Virus record (IMG/VR): IMGVR_UViG_2558860226_000001
Coordinates: 36,780 to 100,779 of that record
DNA from: a virus
Lineage: Duplodnaviria; Caudoviricetes
Direction: 5' to 3' (one strand)
DNA: 64,000 nucleotides
Below are positions 58,703-64,000 of the stretch, in pieces. Both the position numbers and the translations under genes were made by a program. The notes beneath the pieces were generated by a model. The model saw nothing but the letters and a program-made list of their open reading frames with translations, did no database searches and had not been told where the DNA came from. The number at the start of each line of letters is the position of its first letter. Position 1 is the stretch's first letter.

Positions 58703-59191
58703 ATGAGAAATGTAAAATTAGACAACAGCGATTTATTAGCATATTTAGATACTATTGAAAAACTAAAACAACAACCATCAATGGATGAATATAAAGAAGG
58801 ATATCGTAAACTGCGTAATGAAGACGCATTTGAATATGAAATTAAGAAATATAAATCTGCACATACAGAACTACGCAGGCTAGATAAAAAGAGAAAATCT
58901 CTAATGGTTAATTTTATCGATGAAATTAATCCTATAAGTTATTCAGAAGCTAAAAAATCTGTCCAATCATCAGGGGATTTTGATAAGCTTTATGAACGCA
59001 GGCTTTATGCGAAAGCGATTGTAGAAAAAAGTGATGATGAAATTATCGCTCTCGTGGTAAAGCAACGAACTGAAGCGGCACTTGATTTTCAGCAGTCTGT
59101 TGAGAAAAACCTTGAGCAACTTTCTGATATATCATTTTTAGTAAATGGATATGCGATAACGAATACAAAACGTAGGAAAATGGCTGTTTAA
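58703..59191 (+). CDS. Hypothetical helical protein
   Basis: GAGGT SD; 162-aa ORF. Confidence 0.7.
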   Translation: MRNVKLDNSDLLAYLDTIEKLKQQPSMDEYKEGYRKLRNEDAFEYEIKKYKSAHTELRRLDKKRKSLMVNFIDEINPISYSEAKKSVQSSGDFDKLYERRLYAKAIVEKSDDEIIALVVKQRTEAALDFQQSVEKNLEQLSDISFLVNGYAITNTKRRKMAV

Positions 59192-59327
59192 ATGAACATA
59201 GAGAGACCATATTGGTGACCTCACCAATATGGTATGTAGTGATTGACATTTACTTCACCCACTTTTTTACGAGCTTACTTTCTGGAAGGAAAGTTCATTC
59301 AAGTAATACCTTTCGCAGTTTCTGGTG

Positions 59328-59570
59328 TCAGCAATAAAGATCTTCTGGCGAAATACGGTCACTTTCCATTTTTTCAAGCAGCTTCTGTAATCTTTTCATC
59401 TTATGTTTGCGTGCTTTCTTCTCACCAATCTCCTGATAGTATTCTTCCCGCCGCTCTGCTACAACCTTGCGGAACTTCTTCAACAGTTGGTTCAGGGTTT
59501 TAAGGTCTGTCGTAGCGGCTTCAGTTTGGATTTTTCTGTACATAAACATAACGTGGAATTCATCAATCAT
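59328..59570 (-). CDS. H-NST-like truncated H-NS (oligomerisation domain only)
   Basis: TDLKTLNQLLKKFRKVVAERREE..ISPEDL aligns with [32 protein letters not shown]. Confidence 0.8.
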   Translation of the reverse strand: MIDEFHVMFMYRKIQTEAATTDLKTLNQLLKKFRKVVAERREEYYQEIGEKKARKHKMKRLQKLLEKMESDRISPEDLYC

Positions 59571-59633
59571 ATTAAGCCTCTCAGTTTTATTTTCTATGTT
59601 ATTTCCCTCTCAACGAGGGAATATAACCGTTTA

Positions 59634-60754
59634 TCAATCACGGTCCACTGTCATTTTTAACTTCCAATAAACAGGACCGTCAGTGTCATTCTGATTTATG
59701 TTTTTCAACACCATTTCAATGATATGTTCTTTATGCCAATATAAAATCTTTTCCTTCAACTCATCAAAGTTGATATCAGATAAATCTTTATACCTCTCAT
59801 CTTTTACACACACTTCAACTTCATGTGCAATCAGAACGTCATAAAGTATCTCTGACAACATTTCTCCTGATAAAATATTCATTGCTGTTTCAGGCTCTGT
59901 TTCATTTATGTGATAAATCGTTTCACAATACCCCTGTAATACTGTTGATATAAGATGTATTACCGTTTCACTTTTTTCATTCAATACTATCTCTTTCATT
60001 TTTAATCCTTCTGTTATATTTATGATTGTTAGCCCCTTGCGGGGCAACGTTAAACTTACTTTCTAAAACTATCTGAATACCGCACCAACATTGCTGCAAC
60101 CAGTTCAAAGTTAACTTCGGTAATATCACCACGATTACCTTCTTGAGCCGTAAACCTTTCAAAGTTCCTCTTAATATGGTCAAATACATTCATAATGAAT
60201 GGACTCATAAAATCAGGATCATCCAGAAGCTCCGTACTTTCACCATTAATCTCTTGCAGGACTTTCCAGCTTGCCTTAAATGACCTTTTAGCAAGGTCAA
60301 AGAACAGTGCTGTGGATTTATTTTCAATAACGTTTTCTTTAGACATATTTATATCCTCATAGTTAAATGCTTTTATATTTCACTTTGATATTATTTACCC
60401 CTGACGAGGCAGATCGAACACCTACTGGTGGTCGTTTAAAATACAGCAGCTCACTGCATTGTGTATTTCGCGTAGATTCACAAGAACTTCATCAAAGTGA
60501 ACGTCATTAAGCGAACCTTTATATCTGTGCCTTTTTAAAAACTTGTTAAAACCTATCTTGCTGTTTCCTATGACTGCTTTTAAAATATCTTCCATATACT
60601 CATCATCCTCAAGGATGTAATAGAACCTTTCCCCCACACATTCCTGCATGCGTCGTAAATACTTATCATAACCCTCACAACTTTTTAATATAAAATATCT
60701 TGTGGAATCATTAGTGACATTCATTTTCATTGATGGCAATACCATACTCTTCAT
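59634..60754 (-). CDS. Three small hypothetical ORFs (59634-59999, 60056-60346, 60422-60754) downstream of alpA
   Basis: SD-preceded co-oriented ORFs. Confidence 0.65.
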
Positions 60755-60774
60755 TTTATTTCCTCTTGTTTATA

Positions 60775-60993
60775 TTATTTAGATGCATTACGTGATTGTG
60801 AAATTGCGTTATCAATCCACGAATCAATCTCACTTTCGATAAAAGCTACTGCTCTTACACCCGTTTTTACCTGTGTAGGAAAACGTCCGGCTTTGATAAG
60901 TTCATAAATCCACGTCTTACCAAATCCTGTTCTTCTTATTACTTCCGGTAAACGAATAAGGCGGTTTTTTTTATTTTCTTCGATTTGAACCAT
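60775..60993 (-). CDS. alpA: AlpA-family regulator/recombination directionality factor
   Basis: LIRLPEVIRRTGFGKTWIY..FP..V..G.RAVAF.ESEIDSWI. Confidence 0.92.
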   Translation of the reverse strand: MVQIEENKKNRLIRLPEVIRRTGFGKTWIYELIKAGRFPTQVKTGVRAVAFIESEIDSWIDNAISQSRNASK

Positions 60994-61144
60994 ATTTATC
61001 TCCTGTGTTGTTTCGATGGAAATAATTGTATGGATAACTCATGTGAGAAACTAGGTTGGTTCACCAGCCCTGAACAGGCGGGAAGTTCAGGACCAGTGAA
61101 TTTAGGGGATGTTTATGGGAGTTGAATACCGGGGACGTTCAGGC

Positions 61145-62020
61145 TTAGCGAACATCCCTTGTTTTCTTTTTGTCTTCCGGTTTGTCATTCATAGTGATGA
61201 CTTCAATAATATTCGAACTCTTTATGAGCATGTTTTTTATGAAGAAATCATTTAACGACTTGAAATAATTGTCATTGTTCAAGAAGTCATAGGCTAGAGG
61301 GTAATCAGTGTCTTTGATTTGCTCGCTGCCTCTGGCATAACGTATATCGGGGTGCAGGAGTCCAGCCAATACAGGATACGGGATCTTCTGATTGTAGAGT
61401 TGTTCCCATCCGATAAGATCCATCAAAGGGATGATTTTGTAATCGAGTATCTTTTGGAATGTTTTATGACCAAAGCGGAAATCTTTTTCCGGGGGCTTAG
61501 GTGCTTTCAGGTGCTTCTGCCATTGAGTGATCAGCACTTTTAAATGTTCAGCCAGATCATCACTGCTGGCTTCATCCAAATCAATTTCAATCAGCATCTT
61601 GTTAGCAGGATTCAAACCGCCTTGCTTCAAGTATTCAGAGATGTATTCCGAACTCACCGAAACATCATCTTTAGGCGTGTTGTTTTCCAGACGATACATC
61701 GCCCTTCCATAGTTAAACAACGAAGTCCTTGTCATTGGCCTGACAGCATAACTATGGGCCAGCATATGGCTGTCAGAAAGCCATTTAGCCTCACGTATAA
61801 CCTTACCAGAACGGATCAGAGCATCATGGTGTATCGCCAGCATTTGGTTATCTTCACCTGCTGTTTCCCATTGCTGCCGAGTTTTATAAGCAAAAATCCG
61901 TCTTTCCAGCTCAGCATAAATTTGTTCTAGCGTTAAGTCTTTCAGCACATCATAGCGACTTACATCAAACCATTTGCTTAATGCTTCGACGATCTCCGCT
62001 TTAGACATCTTTTTGGTCAT
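61145..62020 (-). CDS. DUF6387-like island protein
   Basis: WFDVSRY, IDL...DD.L, YKIIPLMDL.W; upstream of alpA. Confidence 0.65.
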   Translation of the reverse strand: MTKKMSKAEIVEALSKWFDVSRYDVLKDLTLEQIYAELERRIFAYKTRQQWETAGEDNQMLAIHHDALIRSGKVIREAKWLSDSHMLAHSYAVRPMTRTSLFNYGRAMYRLENNTPKDDVSVSSEYISEYLKQGGLNPANKMLIEIDLDEASSDDLAEHLKVLITQWQKHLKAPKPPEKDFRFGHKTFQKILDYKIIPLMDLIGWEQLYNQKIPYPVLAGLLHPDIRYARGSEQIKDTDYPLAYDFLNNDNYFKSLNDFFIKNMLIKSSNIIEVITMNDKPEDKKKTRDVR

Positions 62021-62333
62021 TTTTTCTCTACAAATTTTCCAGTTGTAATAAATTTATATCACAAAACGCGGATGTTGTTGACATAAGACAGTTTTATTGT
62101 CTGGGCATTAGATTAAAGCGGGTGATTCAACTTCTCTTTGGATCATAATAAGCTGGAGGGTTTGATTCGTTATTTTTGGATTGAAGTAGATGATTCGTTA
62201 AAGATCTCTGAGCCAATGGGAATCTGAAAACTATAGTAACAGTTCCACTTATTTACAAATAAACATTGACAACTCAGAAAAAGCGTTAACATAATATATT
62301 AATGCCATATAATCTAGGTAGGTAGGAGAACTT

Positions 62334-62780
62334 ATGTCAAATAACTTATTACTGGTAGAATATAGCCAATCTTCAGATGGTAAATTATTAGAAAATACTG
62401 CTCACATAATTGAAACGGCTTTTATTGATCAAAGACTTTTAAAAGAAATAAGAGAACGTTGGGATTTCAACCTTACCGTTATATATGAAGAGGAAGATAG
62501 TGATGAACAAATTGAAATTGAAAGCTTAGGAGATGACGAAATCAATGATATTTATAATTATTTTTTCGAAGCTTTCAAGAAATTGATAATAAAAGAGAAC
62601 GAAAAAATCACACTCACCGCCAAGGATACATTAATAAATATTGGTGAGGATAATAAAAATCTTGACTTCACTTTTAATGATATCGAGAGATTTAAAACGT
62701 TAGCAAATTTAATATCAATTCTAAAATTAAAAAATGATAATTACTATGGCTCTAAAAATGTATTTTTAAAGGTAGGTTAA
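62334..62780 (+). CDS. Acidic hypothetical protein
   Basis: AGGAG SD; D/E-rich 148 aa; TTGACA-18-CATAAT promoter at 62266-62295. Confidence 0.75.
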   Translation: MSNNLLLVEYSQSSDGKLLENTAHIIETAFIDQRLLKEIRERWDFNLTVIYEEEDSDEQIEIESLGDDEINDIYNYFFEAFKKLIIKENEKITLTAKDTLINIGEDNKNLDFTFNDIERFKTLANLISILKLKNDNYYGSKNVFLKVG

Positions 62781-62783
62781 CCA

Positions 62784-63353
62784 ATGTCTAAAAAAAATAA
62801 AGGTAGAATAGGTGAAACCAGAGTAATTCGTGTTATCACTGATATCATGGATGTCGGAGGTGATGTGGACTTTACGCGTCATACTAACACAAATACTGCG
62901 GATAGTGGTGCAGATATAGTTCTTGAACATCCGCAAGGTTTTGTAGATAAACTTGAAACAATAGCTACTAAGTCAGATACTGAGTCCACAATTCCGAATT
63001 TACCGCCAAGTGAAGTGATAACTAATACAGAGAAAACAAGAATTGATGTAAAAAATACTGATAGGAAGCTTGGTAAGGATACAGTAATTAAGTTTGGTGG
63101 TGATATAAGAAAAAATCCTGACTGCAAAAATCATATTTTAATGGGTGGAAGTGCTCTTACTAAAGGAGCAAAGGATGAACTGATTAGTCTTCAAACTGCT
63201 CACTCACAATCAGGAAAAACAATCCTTCACATAACGAATGCAGGGTTGATAAACATTGAAAGTCATTATAAGTCTTTGAATTCTCCTGAGACTAATAGCA
63301 CCCCAGAACCATCTGAAACCAAGGATAATCAAAAACCATCTGAAACTGATTAG
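62784..63353 (+). CDS. Mrr-like PD-(D/E)xK nuclease
   Basis: KGRIGE, DSGADIV, IDVK, LTKGA motifs in order. Confidence 0.65.
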   Translation: MSKKNKGRIGETRVIRVITDIMDVGGDVDFTRHTNTNTADSGADIVLEHPQGFVDKLETIATKSDTESTIPNLPPSEVITNTEKTRIDVKNTDRKLGKDTVIKFGGDIRKNPDCKNHILMGGSALTKGAKDELISLQTAHSQSGKTILHITNAGLINIESHYKSLNSPETNSTPEPSETKDNQKPSETD

Positions 63354-63832
63354 CTGTTATTAACTGAACTAACTGAGCAGTAATATGAATATGTTTATTG
63401 CCAGATCTAATAACATGCCCTAAATAATTCGAGTTGCTTGTAGGTGCCAAGTTCAGCCCGTAGATTAGCATAGATAAGCTATGTGACTCGGCGGGCTGGT
63501 TGTCGGTAACATGTGTGACAGGTATATACCGAACGCTCAAAGCAGCCTGTCAAATGGCATAGTAGGTTTCTCAGACTTTGTTGGAGGCTAATCTACTGAT
63601 GTAGGTTCTCACTCATAGTGTATTCACTATCAATATACGTTCTCTTCAACAGTAGACAAAGTAAAAAATCCACTTATAACTTCATAATATGATGTTTTTA
63701 AAGCATTAAAATCATAGAAATACTGACAACTTGATGTTTAACCTAACAGTTTTGCCAAATAGCAATGGACAACAAAATATTTTCATAACAAATTGTTTTT
63801 AATTGACATTTAATTGTTAGGCATTAAATAAT

Positions 63833-63856
63833 GACGGTAAAAATGCTGGTAAAAAA
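63833..63856 (+). repeat. Integrase arm-type sites (right)
   Basis: GACGGTAAAAATGCTGGTAAAAAA. Confidence 0.65.
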
Positions 63857-63902
63857 TCACAGCGTTCACATAAAGCCACTAATAGCAGGAGATACAGATG
63901 AA

Positions 63903-63927
63903 GTTCGAGTCCAGTCAGAGGAGCCAA
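63903..63927 (+). repeat. attR core (duplicated tRNA-Asn 3' end)
   Basis: Identical 25-mer to 38042-38066. Confidence 0.95.
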
Positions 63928-64000
63928 ATTCTTGTTTTCATGCGGCTTTGCGAATCCTTATATGATTCGGATTCAATAAGTTAGCGTGAAATATCTTCAC

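Larger units (their letters stand above)
38042..63927. mobile_element. tRNA-Asn integrative mobilisable island (ROD21/EARL-like), ~26 kb
   Basis: 25-bp direct repeat at both ends; P4-like int, pilV-like, hns, traD/mobC, mobA, alpA. Confidence 0.93.

Noticed and set aside
63903-63927. Second tRNA-Asn gene
   Set aside because: Only the 3' 25 bp are present; this is attR.

Overview
Chromosomal window from an enterobacterium (inferred Pectobacteriaceae-like host) holding two integrated elements either side of a short core segment. (1) Bases 1-35441 are the right part of a prophage. It has a lambdoid early region (int/xis, Sak4-SSB, N, cI/cro/cII, O, nin, Q) and lysis, packaging, head and contractile-tail genes on the minus strand, and it abuts the 3' end of a tRNA-Lys(CTT). 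Between Q and the lysis cassette lies an acrIF11-like/aca5-like anti-CRISPR operon. A second copy of its operator-promoter drives an unannotated acidic ~60-aa ORF, a candidate new anti-defence gene. (2) The core segment carries cycA, an HTH-only nac-like gene with sigma54/NtrC sites, and tRNA-Asn. (3) A complete ~26-kb tRNA-Asn island of the ROD21/EARL type spans 38042-63927 with a 25-bp att direct repeat. It carries int, a PilV-like adhesin, H-NS and H-NST, TraD/MobC, a MOBQ relaxase with oriT, AlpA, a HigBA-type TA pair, a Lamassu/ABC-3C defence operon, a GIY-YIG gene and an orphan MafI immunity gene. Unexplained island features include a nuclease-like cassette bounded by a duplicated integrase 3' end, a divergent pair of unknown paralogues, four palindromic iteron-like repeats before a RepL-like gene, and an acidic-protein/Mrr-like nuclease pair. 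All family assignments are from visual motif recognition, not database searches.
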